A DNA stretch of 47,835 bases from Woeseiaceae bacterium. Its GTDB lineage: Bacteria; Pseudomonadota; Gammaproteobacteria; Steroidobacterales; Woeseiaceae. This document shows positions 27,082 to 37,380 of this stretch, piece after piece (within the stretch, counting starts at the first letter, position 1; every line of letters starts with the position of its first letter). The stretch is from the NCBI GenBank assembly GCA_029243005.1, contig JAQWSV010000216.1, positions 1 to 47,835 on the forward strand, in the 5' to 3' direction. The notes beneath the pieces were generated by a model. It was not told the DNA's origin, did no database searches, and saw nothing but the letters and a program-made list of their open reading frames with translations. The position numbers were made by a program, and so were the translations under genes.

Positions 27082-29310
27082 GTGGCAGGACAATCAGCTC
27101 ACAGATATCTTTGGAACACATCGCTTTGCGCTTGCATTTTCTTCTTGACCACTGGGATAGCGGCGGCGCAGGAGTACAGTCTGGGTCCGCGCCCTGTTGG
27201 CCAGGCATTCGAACTGGCCTCGGAGCCGGTGATCGACGGTATCGTCGTTGGCGACTCAGCGTGGGACGGCGGTTCGCCGCTGACAGGCCTCGTGCAGACA
27301 CAACCCAATGCCGGCCAGCCGATGTCACAGGACACGGATATTTATGTTGGCTATACGGACACCGCGCTAATCATCGGCGTCATAGCGTACGACTCCGAAC
27401 CCCAGGAAATTATCTCCACGGACACCCGCCGGGATTCATCACTCGACGATACCGATAGCATCAAGATCCTTATCGACGGCCTCCAGGATCGGCGAAACGG
27501 ATTTATTTTCGGCACGAATCCGTCCGGCATCGAATACGATGGACAGGTCACGCGCGAAGGTGCCGGCCAGGGCACACCGTTCGTAAACAGCGGCTTCAAT
27601 CTGAACTGGGACGCGCCGTGGACGGTGCGGTCGGCCATTTTTGACGGTGGCTGGAGTACCGAGATGCGCATCCCGTTTAGGACGCTGCGCTACGGCACCG
27701 AGGATGTGCAGTCATGGGGTTTCAACTTCGAGCGTCGTATTCGTCGCAACAACGAAGTCGCATATTGGGCACCGATGTCTCAGGATCGCGATCTGTTGCG
27801 GGTATCCGAGGCTGGTACGCTCACCAATGTACGTCCACCGAAGCAGAGAAACTTGCAGGTCACACCCTACGTGCTGGCCAGCCGGGAAGAGGGCGGCTCG
27901 CTGGCCAGCGATGTCAATAATGAAGAAGTCGGAGTCGACATCAAGTATTCGGTCACGCCTAGCCTGACGCTCGACCTGACTTACAACACAGACTTTGCCC
28001 AGGTAGAAGTCGACGAACAGCAGGTCAATCTCGACCGGTTTAACCTATTCTTCCCTGAGAAACGACCCTTCTTTCTGGAGAACTCCGGGCAGTTTACTGT
28101 TGGTAATGCGCGCGAGGTTGAGCTGTTCTTCAGTCGACGAATTGGCATCGCCAACGGTCAGCCGGTCCCGATTGATGGTGGTGCACGTTTGTCCGGCAAG
28201 ATCGGATCGAGCACAAACGTTGGCTTGCTTTACATGAGTTCCGATTCCGTTGCCGGCCTCGCTCCGGGCAACGACTACATGGTTGCACGCGTTAATCAGG
28301 AGTTGGAGAATCGATCATCAATTGGCTTTATCTACGTTGGTCGGGACGGTGACGGCAGTCTCGGCGGTCACTCCGGTCTCGATAAAAACAAGACCTATGC
28401 CATCGACGGTCGACTGGGGATTGGTGACAACTTCCTCCTGCAAGGCTGGCTGGCACAGACGGACACGCCAGGCCTGACCGGCGATGACATGGCCTACTCG
28501 ATCAGCGGCGACTATAACAGCGCCGCGTGGTCGAACTCATTCAATTACACGGAGGTTGGGGGCAACTTCAATCCCGAGGTTGGGTTTTTGTCGCGCTCGG
28601 ACTATCGCAAGTTCCAGGGACTAGTATTGCGTCGATATCGACCCCAGGATTTCGGCAAGATTTTCGAGATGCGGCCGCATATTTCCTACCGTGGCTTCTG
28701 GGATCCCACAGGCTTCCAGGAAACCGGCTTCATGCATATCGACAACCACTGGGAGTTTCAGTCCGGTATGGAAATCCATACGGGCATGAACCTAACACGT
28801 GAAGGCGTTCATGATGCCTTTGAAATCGTGCCGGGGGTTGTCATTCAGCCGGGCACCTACGATCACACGGAGGCGCAACTGGTCTACACGGGTGACCGGT
28901 CTCAGCCGCTAAGTTTCAGTACGCGGATGAACATCGGTGGTCGATTCGGCGGCGATCGAGTCTCGGCGCGCAATACGCTGCGATATCGGATTGGTGAGAA
29001 ATTCAGTTCAGAACTCACTTATATCTATAACGCCTTCGATCTGCCGGTGCCGGGCGGCGACTTTACGGCCAACCTTGTTCGCATTCGGCTTTCGTACTCG
29101 TTTACGCCAAAAATCCTCGTACAGATGCTGGCGCAGCACAACGAGCAGGCCGATACGGTGTCGACTAACTTCCGCTTCTCGTGGTTGCAGTCAGCCAACG
29201 CTGGCTTTTACCTCGTTTACAACGAGCTGGATGAGCGAGGCATCGGTGCGCCGCCGCGCGGCAAGGAAGTCATCATCAAGTACAGCCGGATCTTCGACGT
29301 ATTCAACTGA
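27082..29310 (+). CDS. Outer-membrane-type protein, CBM9-like N-domain plus DUF5916-like beta-rich region
   Basis: GTG 27082 after GGGGG gives a signal ending IAAAQE. EPVIDGIVVGDSAWDG resembles CBM9-like domains. The long region of alternating beta-strand-like sequence resembles the DUF5916 family as I remember it. The start is uncertain (TTG 27052 in the track). Confidence 0.65.
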   Translation: MAGQSAHRYLWNTSLCACIFFLTTGIAAAQEYSLGPRPVGQAFELASEPVIDGIVVGDSAWDGGSPLTGLVQTQPNAGQPMSQDTDIYVGYTDTALIIGVIAYDSEPQEIISTDTRRDSSLDDTDSIKILIDGLQDRRNGFIFGTNPSGIEYDGQVTREGAGQGTPFVNSGFNLNWDAPWTVRSAIFDGGWSTEMRIPFRTLRYGTEDVQSWGFNFERRIRRNNEVAYWAPMSQDRDLLRVSEAGTLTNVRPPKQRNLQVTPYVLASREEGGSLASDVNNEEVGVDIKYSVTPSLTLDLTYNTDFAQVEVDEQQVNLDRFNLFFPEKRPFFLENSGQFTVGNAREVELFFSRRIGIANGQPVPIDGGARLSGKIGSSTNVGLLYMSSDSVAGLAPGNDYMVARVNQELENRSSIGFIYVGRDGDGSLGGHSGLDKNKTYAIDGRLGIGDNFLLQGWLAQTDTPGLTGDDMAYSISGDYNSAAWSNSFNYTEVGGNFNPEVGFLSRSDYRKFQGLVLRRYRPQDFGKIFEMRPHISYRGFWDPTGFQETGFMHIDNHWEFQSGMEIHTGMNLTREGVHDAFEIVPGVVIQPGTYDHTEAQLVYTGDRSQPLSFSTRMNIGGRFGGDRVSARNTLRYRIGEKFSSELTYIYNAFDLPVPGGDFTANLVRIRLSYSFTPKILVQMLAQHNEQADTVSTNFRFSWLQSANAGFYLVYNELDERGIGAPPRGKEVIIKYSRIFDVFN

Positions 29311-29364
29311 TCTACTTGCAGGAAAGGCCCCGTCTGCCATAGTGTTCGGTGAGGGGAATTGCCG

Positions 29365-30558
29365 ATGCAAACAACTACGAATACGGCGCTTATAGCGCTT
29401 CTGTCCATTTGCTTGCCCGCGACGATTGTTATAGCTGACGACCGTCCGCGGGCGCGCGATATCGGCCTGGTCGTCGGCACCATGACACCGGGCGAGCACA
29501 ATGCCATCACGGACGTGCCGGGGGTCCTCGTCGGCCATTCGACGATCATCGAGGACGACGATATTCGCACCGGCGTGACCGCCATCATTCCGGGCCCGGG
29601 CAATCTCTACACACACACGATGCCGGCGTGGGTCCACGTCGGTAACGGCTATGGAAAAATGATCGGTGAAACCCAGGTTCGTGAATTTGGCGAGCTGGAA
29701 ACACCCATATTGCTGACCTGTACACTCTGCGTCTGGAGTGCCGCCAATGGTCTCAAGGAATGGGTCTATGACCAGCCGGGTATTGGTGAGCACACCGTGA
29801 ACCCGATTGTGGGTGAAACCAATGACGGCAAGGTCAACAATATGTGGACTGACCCGGTGCAAAAGAATCATGTCTATGAGGCGCTCGACAGCGCGGCGTC
29901 GGGCCCCGTGGAAGAGGGCAGTGTTGGTGCAGGTACCGGCACACAGGCATTCGCCTGGAAAGGGGGTATTGGCACGAGTTCGCGGGTCCTCCCGGATACT
30001 CTGGGCGGCTATATGGTTGGCGTTCTTGTCCAGACCAATTACGGTGGCGTGCTGCAAATGAACGGTGCACCCGTCGGCCGGGAACTCCGTAACTATTCCT
30101 ATATGCGTGACCTGGAAGCAACGGGACGTGAGGACAACCAGGAAGACGGGTCTATCATGATAGTGGTTGCGACCAACGCGCCGCTGAATGCCAAAAGTTT
30201 GGAAAGACTATCCATGCGATCGATGATGGGGCTGGCGCGCACGGGTTCGTTTGCGAGCAATGGCTCCGGCGATTACGTTATCGCGTTTTCAACAGATCCC
30301 GGTGTGCGCCGCCCGAGAGAAAGCGACGCTCCGATCGATACACCATCGCTCGTCAACGCATCGATGTCGCCACTATTTGCGGCTGCCGCAGAGGCGACCG
30401 AAGAAGCCATTTACAATGCCATATTGAAAGCGACGACGGTGTCGAGTGCTCGCGGAACCCGAGAGGCAATTCCGGTCGATGATGTAGTACGCGTGCTCGA
30501 GAAATACAATGCATTGAACTGGGATGAGTCGATCAGCCCCGGCAATACGAATAACTAG
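29365..30558 (+). CDS. S58/DmpA-family (P1) aminopeptidase, exported
   Basis: ATG 29365 after GAGGGG. Signal then AITDVPGVLVGH. Self-processing nucleophile context EDGSIMIVVATNAPL. Confidence 0.85.
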   Translation: MQTTTNTALIALLSICLPATIVIADDRPRARDIGLVVGTMTPGEHNAITDVPGVLVGHSTIIEDDDIRTGVTAIIPGPGNLYTHTMPAWVHVGNGYGKMIGETQVREFGELETPILLTCTLCVWSAANGLKEWVYDQPGIGEHTVNPIVGETNDGKVNNMWTDPVQKNHVYEALDSAASGPVEEGSVGAGTGTQAFAWKGGIGTSSRVLPDTLGGYMVGVLVQTNYGGVLQMNGAPVGRELRNYSYMRDLEATGREDNQEDGSIMIVVATNAPLNAKSLERLSMRSMMGLARTGSFASNGSGDYVIAFSTDPGVRRPRESDAPIDTPSLVNASMSPLFAAAAEATEEAIYNAILKATTVSSARGTREAIPVDDVVRVLEKYNALNWDESISPGNTNN

Positions 30559-30573
30559 TAAAGGGGAAACACT

Positions 30574-33273
30574 ATGGCTGCCATCCTGCGACGCGTCATT
30601 ATGACGCTTGCCTTTTCGTTTATATCCGTTGGGGCGATTGCCCAAGACGACTACTTCTTCCCGGCAGCGGACTATGATCCAGCCATTCCGACATTCGAGT
30701 CGGTACTTGGATACGCGCCCGGCGAGAGAATCACCTGGCATCGCGATGCTATCCGCTATTTCGAGGCACTTGCCGAGGCGGTGCCGGGCCGCATATCAGT
30801 GCATCGTTACGCAGAGTCCTGGGAGCATCGTGACCTCATCTACGCCATCGTCAGCTCGGCTGACAACATGGCACGTATCGACGAAATCAAAGTAGGCATG
30901 CAGCGCATCACGGATCCCCGCGTGACCTCGCGGGCCGAGGCCGTGCAGATCATTGCTGACCAGCCCGCCGTTACTTGGTTGTCGTATGGCGTGCATGGCA
31001 ACGAAATTTCCTCGACCGACGCCTCGATGCTGACGGCCTACCACCTACTCGCTTCGCGTGGTGATGCACGGACAGCGCAAATTATGAACGATACCGTTGT
31101 TATCATCGATCCAATGCAGAATCCAGACGGCCGCGATCGTTTCCTGCAACACTTCAACGGTGCGGAAGGCCTGTTGCCGGATGCCGACCGGATTTCTGCA
31201 GAGCATGATGAGCCTTGGCCGGGCGGTCGAACGAATCATTACCTGTTCGACCTGAATCGTGACTGGTTCATCATGACGCAACCGGAAACGCAGGGGCGCA
31301 TCAAGATCGTCCAGGACTGGTACCCGGTCGTCTATGTCGACCTTCATGAGATGGGTTCGGACAGCACCTATTTCTTTGCGCCCGAAGCGGATCCCTTCAA
31401 TCCTCACCTCACATCGAATCAGCGGACGAACCTGCCGTTGATCGGTCGGACGAATGCACGCTGGTTTGACCAGATAGGCAGTGACTATTTCACGCGCGAA
31501 GTGTTCGACGCGTTTTATCCTGGCTACGGCGCCAGCTGGCCTGCCTACCTCGGCGCGTTGGCGCTGACGTATGAGCAGGCATCGTCAAGCGGTCTGGTCG
31601 TCCGCAAATATGACGGTGTGGAAATGTCTTATGCGTTCACCGTACGCAATCACTTCATTACGTCGCTTTCTACGGCGGAAGCTGTGCAGGTTAATCGCGT
31701 CAAACTACTGACTGATCTATACGACTACTACGCCACCGGTATCGAAGAGGGGCAATCTCAGAATATTCGCACCTACATCGTGCCGACGCAGAACGATCAA
31801 TCAGCCGCTGATAAAATGGTCGGCTTGCTCGTTCAGGGGGGTGTCGAAATTGGACGGGCAACAGAGTCTTTCGGCGCATGTGGCGAGTCATATGAATCGG
31901 GTACTTATGTGATCGACCTGGCGCAGCCGGCGAAGCGCATGATCCGTACTCTGCTCGATGCGGATGTCCCGATGGACGATGCGTTCCTGGCAGAGCAGGA
32001 AGCACGGCGCGCACGTAATGTAAGCGACCAGATTTATGACGTTACGGCATGGTCTATGCCATTGATGATGAACGTGCGCACAGATGCGTGTAATCGCTCC
32101 GTCTCGGTTGCAACGGTCGTTGCCGGCCCAGAACTCGTGCAACCTGGCGAAGTCGCCGGGGGTAGCGGCACAGTGGCCTATCTCATTCCCTGGGGAACAG
32201 CCGCCTCCGTACGATTCTTGTCGAACTCATTGCGGCAGGGCCTGAAGGTGAAGAGCAATGACCTCGCATTCACGCATGATGGAAATCGATACCCAGCCGG
32301 CAGTTTAATTGTCGACACGGCAGACAACTCCGCAAATCTTCGCGCGACCGTTGAAGATCTCGCAGCATCTACCGGGGTCAACGTCGTTGCCGTCGACCAC
32401 AGCTGGGTAAGCGATGGTCCAAGTTTTGGTAGCGGCAATGTTGTTCGATTCACGGAACCGAAGGTGGCAATCGCATGGGATTCGCCGACGCGAGCCTATG
32501 TCGCCGGAAACACGCGATTCGTCATCGAGCGTCAGTTCGACTATCCCGTGACAGCCATCCGGGTCGATCGGATGGCGAGGTCCGACTTGTCGGATTACCA
32601 TGTCCTGATCCTCCCAGAACAAAGCGGTGGCGGCTATGCTTCAGTATTGGGTGAAGTCGGCATCGAGAACCTGAAAAACTGGGTGGCCAAAGGCGGTGTC
32701 CTGATCGGTATCGGCAATGCGAATCGTTTCCTGACAGATCCCGATGTTGAGATGCTCGCGATTCGTCGCGAGGACGCGGTTTACAATATCGAAATAGAGG
32801 AGGCTCCCGGCGGTGAGGCGGACGAGGAGTCCTCGACCGTGCCCGGCCGACTGATTACAGAGGAATCCGAATATCGTGACCTGATCATGCCTGGGAAAGA
32901 CGATCCGGATTCGGTGGCCGGTGTTTTGATCCGTGCCGACGTGAATCCTGATCACTGGTTGGGCGCGGGTGTTGCGTCGACACTGAATGTGCTGGTTCGT
33001 GGCAGTGACGTGTATACGCCTATCACGCTAGATAACGGCGTTAATGTAGCGCGTTTCCAGGGCGCGGACGATCTGCTCGCGAGTGGTTACATCTGGGAAG
33101 AAAACCGACAGCAGCTCGCATACAAGCCGTTCGTTGTCGCCCAGCCTACAGGTCGGGGCCTTGTCATCGGCTTTACGCAGGATCCGAACGTGCGTGCCTA
33201 CCTCGACGGATTGAATGTGATCTTCATGAACGCGATTTTCCGTGGCAGTGCCCACGCACGACCGATGCATTAA
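30574..33273 (+). CDS. Large M14-family zinc carboxypeptidase, exported
   Basis: Signal MAAILRRVIMTLAFSFISVGAIAQ. WLSYGVHGNEISS (HxxE Zn site). VDLHEMG. 899 aa. Confidence 0.85.
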   Translation: MAAILRRVIMTLAFSFISVGAIAQDDYFFPAADYDPAIPTFESVLGYAPGERITWHRDAIRYFEALAEAVPGRISVHRYAESWEHRDLIYAIVSSADNMARIDEIKVGMQRITDPRVTSRAEAVQIIADQPAVTWLSYGVHGNEISSTDASMLTAYHLLASRGDARTAQIMNDTVVIIDPMQNPDGRDRFLQHFNGAEGLLPDADRISAEHDEPWPGGRTNHYLFDLNRDWFIMTQPETQGRIKIVQDWYPVVYVDLHEMGSDSTYFFAPEADPFNPHLTSNQRTNLPLIGRTNARWFDQIGSDYFTREVFDAFYPGYGASWPAYLGALALTYEQASSSGLVVRKYDGVEMSYAFTVRNHFITSLSTAEAVQVNRVKLLTDLYDYYATGIEEGQSQNIRTYIVPTQNDQSAADKMVGLLVQGGVEIGRATESFGACGESYESGTYVIDLAQPAKRMIRTLLDADVPMDDAFLAEQEARRARNVSDQIYDVTAWSMPLMMNVRTDACNRSVSVATVVAGPELVQPGEVAGGSGTVAYLIPWGTAASVRFLSNSLRQGLKVKSNDLAFTHDGNRYPAGSLIVDTADNSANLRATVEDLAASTGVNVVAVDHSWVSDGPSFGSGNVVRFTEPKVAIAWDSPTRAYVAGNTRFVIERQFDYPVTAIRVDRMARSDLSDYHVLILPEQSGGGYASVLGEVGIENLKNWVAKGGVLIGIGNANRFLTDPDVEMLAIRREDAVYNIEIEEAPGGEADEESSTVPGRLITEESEYRDLIMPGKDDPDSVAGVLIRADVNPDHWLGAGVASTLNVLVRGSDVYTPITLDNGVNVARFQGADDLLASGYIWEENRQQLAYKPFVVAQPTGRGLVIGFTQDPNVRAYLDGLNVIFMNAIFRGSAHARPMH

Positions 33274-33280
33274 TGCCCAA

Positions 33281-33314
33281 AGGGGCAGCGGCGGGCTCCG
33301 ACCCCTCGGTTTTT
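33281..33314 (+). terminator. Weak candidate terminator after the M14 gene
   Basis: AGGGG (33281-33285) pairs with CCCCT (33302-33306), followed by CGG and T5 (33310-33314). The stem is short and the loop large. Confidence 0.3.
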
Positions 33315-33474
33315 CCTAGGATCAGTCGACTCTGGCTGCTAATTATGCTTGTCCAATCCAGCCAGACTTCATCATCTGGAGGCACGGCACTGAAGCGGGG
33401 AAATGTACGCGGCAAAGCTGCTCGCAAAACGGGCTTGACGGGTCCTATTTTGTGAACTAGGTAGCACGATTGTT

Positions 33475-34752
33475 CTACTTGTAGCGGACGCCGCTCTTCA
33501 TCACGAAATTTACGCTCTGCATCAGCGAGATGTCATCGAGGGGATTGCCCGGCACCGCAACGATGTCGGCTTGGTAGCCCTCAAGCAGATGGCCGTGGGT
33601 ATCGCCGATTTCGAGGAACTCCGCTGCCACACTAGTTGCTGACTGGATCGCTTCCATTGCAGGCATACCACCCCGGACCATTAGTGCGAACTCGATTGCG
33701 TTGTCGCCGTGGGCTGAAACGCCGGTGTCGGTGCCGAACACGATCGGTACGCCGCGCGCATAAGCCTTGGCAAATGTCTCGGAAATGATGGGTCCGATTG
33801 CAGCTGCTTTGGGGCGGACAAGTTCCGGGAAAAAACCGTCGATGGCTGCTTTCTCAGCGACCCAGTTGCCAGCGAGAATGGTTGGCACGAATATGGTGCC
33901 GCGCTCGATCATCAGGTCCATGACTTCTTCCGTCATATAGGTGCCGTGTTCGATAGACGCGACGCCGGCCAGCACTGCACGTTTCATACCTTCCGTGCCA
34001 TGCGCGTGCGCGGCAACCCGCAAACCATAGTCGGCTGCGGTGTCAACGATTGCCTCCAGTTCCTCCATTGTAAATTGCGGGTTCTGGCCGCTCTTGGCGA
34101 CACTCAATACGCCGCCGGTTGCAGTGATCTTGATCCAGTCCGCGCCGTCTTTGTAGCGCTGCCGAATCGCTTTTCGTGCATCTTCGACGCCATTGACCAC
34201 GCCCTGTTTCGGTCCGGGGTCAGCGCCAAAGTGCGCCGCCCAGCCGTTAGTCGAATCACCGTGACCGCCGGTGGATGCGAGCCCTTTGCCTGCGGAGAAA
34301 ATCATTGGGCCGGGCACATCGCCTGCAGCGATCGCTTTTCGCAGTGCGATCGTGACATTGAAGGGATCACCGACGTTGCGAACGACCGTGAAGCCTGCAT
34401 CGAGTGTCCGTTTCGCGTGCCTGGCGGCGTCAAACGCGTAATCTGCCTCATTGAAGGTGAAACGATTGAGATTACTGTTGGCTGAATATTCACCGGTCAG
34501 ATGTACATGGGCATCCATCAGGCCCGGCATGACCGTCGAATTTCGAAGGTCGATGACCGTGTCGCTCGGATCTGCCTCTGTGAAGCCATCCTCAATGGCC
34601 AGAATGGTGTCGCCAATGACGCGAATGGTTCGGTCATTGACAGCGCGATCCGCGTCGCCGTCTATTAGGCTGCCGGCATAAATCAGTGTGTCGGCGGCGA
34701 CAGGTCCCGCGGCCAGCATGATGGCAGTGGCCAGTAGTGTCATTTTCTTCAT
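33475..34752 (-). CDS. Amidohydrolase-superfamily metal hydrolase (COG1228-like), exported
   Basis: Signal [50 protein letters not shown]. Confidence 0.85.
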   Translation of the reverse strand: MKKMTLLATAIMLAAGPVAADTLIYAGSLIDGDADRAVNDRTIRVIGDTILAIEDGFTEADPSDTVIDLRNSTVMPGLMDAHVHLTGEYSANSNLNRFTFNEADYAFDAARHAKRTLDAGFTVVRNVGDPFNVTIALRKAIAAGDVPGPMIFSAGKGLASTGGHGDSTNGWAAHFGADPGPKQGVVNGVEDARKAIRQRYKDGADWIKITATGGVLSVAKSGQNPQFTMEELEAIVDTAADYGLRVAAHAHGTEGMKRAVLAGVASIEHGTYMTEEVMDLMIERGTIFVPTILAGNWVAEKAAIDGFFPELVRPKAAAIGPIISETFAKAYARGVPIVFGTDTGVSAHGDNAIEFALMVRGGMPAMEAIQSATSVAAEFLEIGDTHGHLLEGYQADIVAVPGNPLDDISLMQSVNFVMKSGVRYK

Positions 34753-34918
34753 AGCGTTATTCCTGTGATTTCCATGGTGCTTGTGCCGCGACGGATTCTC
34801 CCTGCGAGGTATCCATGTTAAACGAAAAGCGAAGAAGCTGAGGTAATATGCGAAGATACGGCCTGCATCCAGAGCGCGTACGCGTTAGACAAAGAAAAAC
34901 AATTCCAAGGAGCGTCAT

Positions 34919-36307
34919 ATGGCAGGGGGATCTAGCTCACAAGATCAATGGTCATCAACCTGGGCGTTTTTGCTGGCGGCGGTCGGTTTTGCGGTCGGTA
35001 TGGGCAATATCTGGCGCTTCCCGTACCAGCTTGGTGAAAATGGCGGCGCTGCATTCCTGATTCTTTACCTGGCCTGTGCCCTCGCGATCGGTTTGCCACT
35101 CCTGATCACGGAAATCTCGATGGGACGCCGCGGCGCTGCCAGCGCTTCCGCCAGCGTCAGAAACGTTGCAACTGAGGTTGGCGCGAGCACCAATTGGGGA
35201 TTCATCGGCACACTCGGAATCTTCTGTGCTTTCATCATCCTGACCTACTACACGGTGCTCTCTGGCTGGACACTTGATTACTTCGTCAAGGCGGCGACCG
35301 GTGCTTTTGCAGGAGCCGATGCCGAGATGACCGGGACGATGTTTGCTGATTTGCTAGGCAATCCCTGGGTCCTGATGTTCTGGAACACGGTCGTGCATGT
35401 AATGATCGTGATCGTCATCAGCCAGGGCATCCAGTCCGGCCTTGAACCCGCGGTGAAGATCCTAATGCCGGCATTGTTTGGTGCGATCGTCATCATGGTG
35501 ATTTATGGCATCTTTGCGGGTGACATGGGCGCAACGCTCCGCTTCCTACTAGAGCCCGACTTTTCCAAGCTGTCATTCGGTACGCTTATGGCGGCCATTG
35601 GGCAGGCGTTCTTCTCGATTGGCATTGGAATGGGCTCGCTGATCGTATTCGGTGCGTACATGCCTAAAGACTTCTCGATTCCCCGTTGCTCGGCATACGT
35701 GATTTTTATGGACACTGGTGTCGCGTTGATGGCGGGATTCGCAATTTTTCCGCTCGTGTTTGCATACGGTCTCGATCCCAGCGGTGGTGCCGGCCTGATT
35801 TTCCAGACTCTGCCGCTTGCGTTTGGTCAGATGCCTGGTGGTCAGTTGTTTGGCTCGATATTTTTTGTTCTCTTGATTGCTGCGGCGCTGTCTTCGTGCC
35901 TCGGTCTCGCCGAAGGTGTGACGAACTGGCTCGATGAACACATGAATATCCCGCGAAAGAAAGGCGTGCTGTGGGTCAGCGGTACGGCGTGGGTCTTAGG
36001 TATTGCCTCGATCTTAGGCTTTTCGGTTTGGAAAGACGGGTGGGCCGAACTGGGACTCCTCTACTGGATTCCGTCGTACGATGGGAAGGACATCTTCGAC
36101 ACACTCGACACGCTGGCCGCCAATAACATGCTACTAATCGGCGGAGCCCTGTCCGCAATCTTCTTCGGTTGGTTCGTTCCGAAAGCGCTGAAACTCGATG
36201 AGATGAATGTCGAGGACGGAAAGTTTTTCGCGTTCTGGCGATTCATGATTCGCTTCGTCATTCCGCCGATCCTGATCATTGCGCTGGCAATGGGTATCAC
36301 CGAATAG
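34919..36307 (+). CDS. Sodium-dependent transporter, NSS/SNF family
   Basis: WAFLLAAVGFAVGMGNIWRFPYQLGENGGAAFL is the hallmark NSS TM1 motif. Multi-TM, 462 aa. AAGGAG RBS. Confidence 0.92.
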   Translation: MAGGSSSQDQWSSTWAFLLAAVGFAVGMGNIWRFPYQLGENGGAAFLILYLACALAIGLPLLITEISMGRRGAASASASVRNVATEVGASTNWGFIGTLGIFCAFIILTYYTVLSGWTLDYFVKAATGAFAGADAEMTGTMFADLLGNPWVLMFWNTVVHVMIVIVISQGIQSGLEPAVKILMPALFGAIVIMVIYGIFAGDMGATLRFLLEPDFSKLSFGTLMAAIGQAFFSIGIGMGSLIVFGAYMPKDFSIPRCSAYVIFMDTGVALMAGFAIFPLVFAYGLDPSGGAGLIFQTLPLAFGQMPGGQLFGSIFFVLLIAAALSSCLGLAEGVTNWLDEHMNIPRKKGVLWVSGTAWVLGIASILGFSVWKDGWAELGLLYWIPSYDGKDIFDTLDTLAANNMLLIGGALSAIFFGWFVPKALKLDEMNVEDGKFFAFWRFMIRFVIPPILIIALAMGITE

Positions 36308-36376
36308 GCAAGAGTTTGAGTCTGAATCTGTTACTTTTCTGCCTATATACTACGGCCACCGCCGCACAGGGCAGGC

Positions 36377-36408
36377 TGACGATGTCGTCTGTATTGGAAA
36401 CATCGTCA
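36377..36408. terminator. 9-bp perfect hairpin between convergent genes
   Basis: TGACGATGT (36377-36385) pairs with ACATCGTCA (36400-36408), with a 14-nt loop and no T-run. It sits between the SNF stop (36307) and the creatininase stop (36439). Confidence 0.4.
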
Positions 36409-36438
36409 CCGGGTGATTATTGAACCAGTGCGCGCGAC

Positions 36439-37368
36439 CTACGGGGACCCAGCCAGTGCATTCCAGCGATCAATAAACTTCACCGCGGCGTCAATTGTCC
36501 TCCGCATCTGGTCTTCACCTCTTGCCGCAGTGCCTTCTTTCGGATCCCGTTCGCTCCAGACGCCTGTCGTCGACATTTCGACCGACGAGGTTCTCTTGCC
36601 GGTCTCTTCAGCCTTCAGTCCTTCGGCGAGGAACAATTGCAGCGCTGTAGGATCACCTGCAACAACGTCTGGCAGCATATCGTGGAGATGGTCGGGCAGC
36701 GTCAGCTCGGCCGTTACGGCTGCGTCGATATCAACAAGACTGGGCATCAGGTAAAGCGAATTCGAGGTTTCAGAAGTGCCGCCGTGACGATCGAGCACCT
36801 TGCTGGGTGCGACCGTCGACGGCTCCATGAATGGTCGAACAGCTTCACCAAAACTGACTGCTACGCCCGCCGTGGTCTGGTTAATCTGGTCGACGAGCAA
36901 GGTCGTTATCGCCCGGTTGCCGCCGTGGGAGTTCATGATGATGAAGCGTTTGAAGCCGTGGTGGATCAGGCTCTCGACGGCCTGGAGATGCACGTCGATG
37001 ATCGTCTCCGCCTTCAGTGAAACGCTGCCGGCGAAGCCCATGTGGTAGGGCGACTGGCCAACCATCAATACCGGCGCCACTAGTATGTCTCGTTCCTGCG
37101 CGATCAGCTTGCAGCGTTCGACACCGTTGATGAAATCAGTCCCGATCGGTAGATGATTGCCATGCTGTTCGAGGGCCCCGACGGGAATGATCACCATATC
37201 CGACTTGTCGAGGAATGCTCCGACTTCAGGGACCGTCATATGCGGCAGGTAGTTCTTGACCTTTTCCTGGGTCCAGAGCGGGTTGGTCTGCGTCATTCCC
37301 TGGCTGGAGAGCAGGGTACTGGCGGCAATGACCAATGCCATTACCAGATTTCTTGTTCGGTTGTTCAT
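36439..37368 (-). CDS. Creatininase-family amidohydrolase with signal peptide
   Basis: MNNRTRNLVMALVIAASTLLSSQG signal. PVGALEQHGNHLPIGTD family motif. Confidence 0.85.
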   Translation of the reverse strand: MNNRTRNLVMALVIAASTLLSSQGMTQTNPLWTQEKVKNYLPHMTVPEVGAFLDKSDMVIIPVGALEQHGNHLPIGTDFINGVERCKLIAQERDILVAPVLMVGQSPYHMGFAGSVSLKAETIIDVHLQAVESLIHHGFKRFIIMNSHGGNRAITTLLVDQINQTTAGVAVSFGEAVRPFMEPSTVAPSKVLDRHGGTSETSNSLYLMPSLVDIDAAVTAELTLPDHLHDMLPDVVAGDPTALQLFLAEGLKAEETGKRTSSVEMSTTGVWSERDPKEGTAARGEDQMRRTIDAAVKFIDRWNALAGSP

Positions 37369-37380
37369 ATCCTTTACTCC

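Noticed and set aside
29191-30057. 288-aa minus-strand ORF
   Set aside because: It is antisense to the DUF5916-like 3' end and to the DmpA-family gene. The composition is low in complexity and shadow-like, with no motifs.
33273-33455. 60-aa ORF in the convergent spacer after the M14 gene, plus the overlapping 67-aa minus-strand ORF
   Set aside because: Neither has an RBS. The composition is low in complexity, and the region is better explained as a terminator-containing spacer.
34875-34884. Perfect 10-bp palindrome CGCGTACGCG, 35 nt upstream of the NSS transporter start
   Set aside because: A single short palindrome is expected by chance across a few kb of intergenic DNA. There is no second copy or flanking half-site. 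It is worth only a glance if a regulon search is done.
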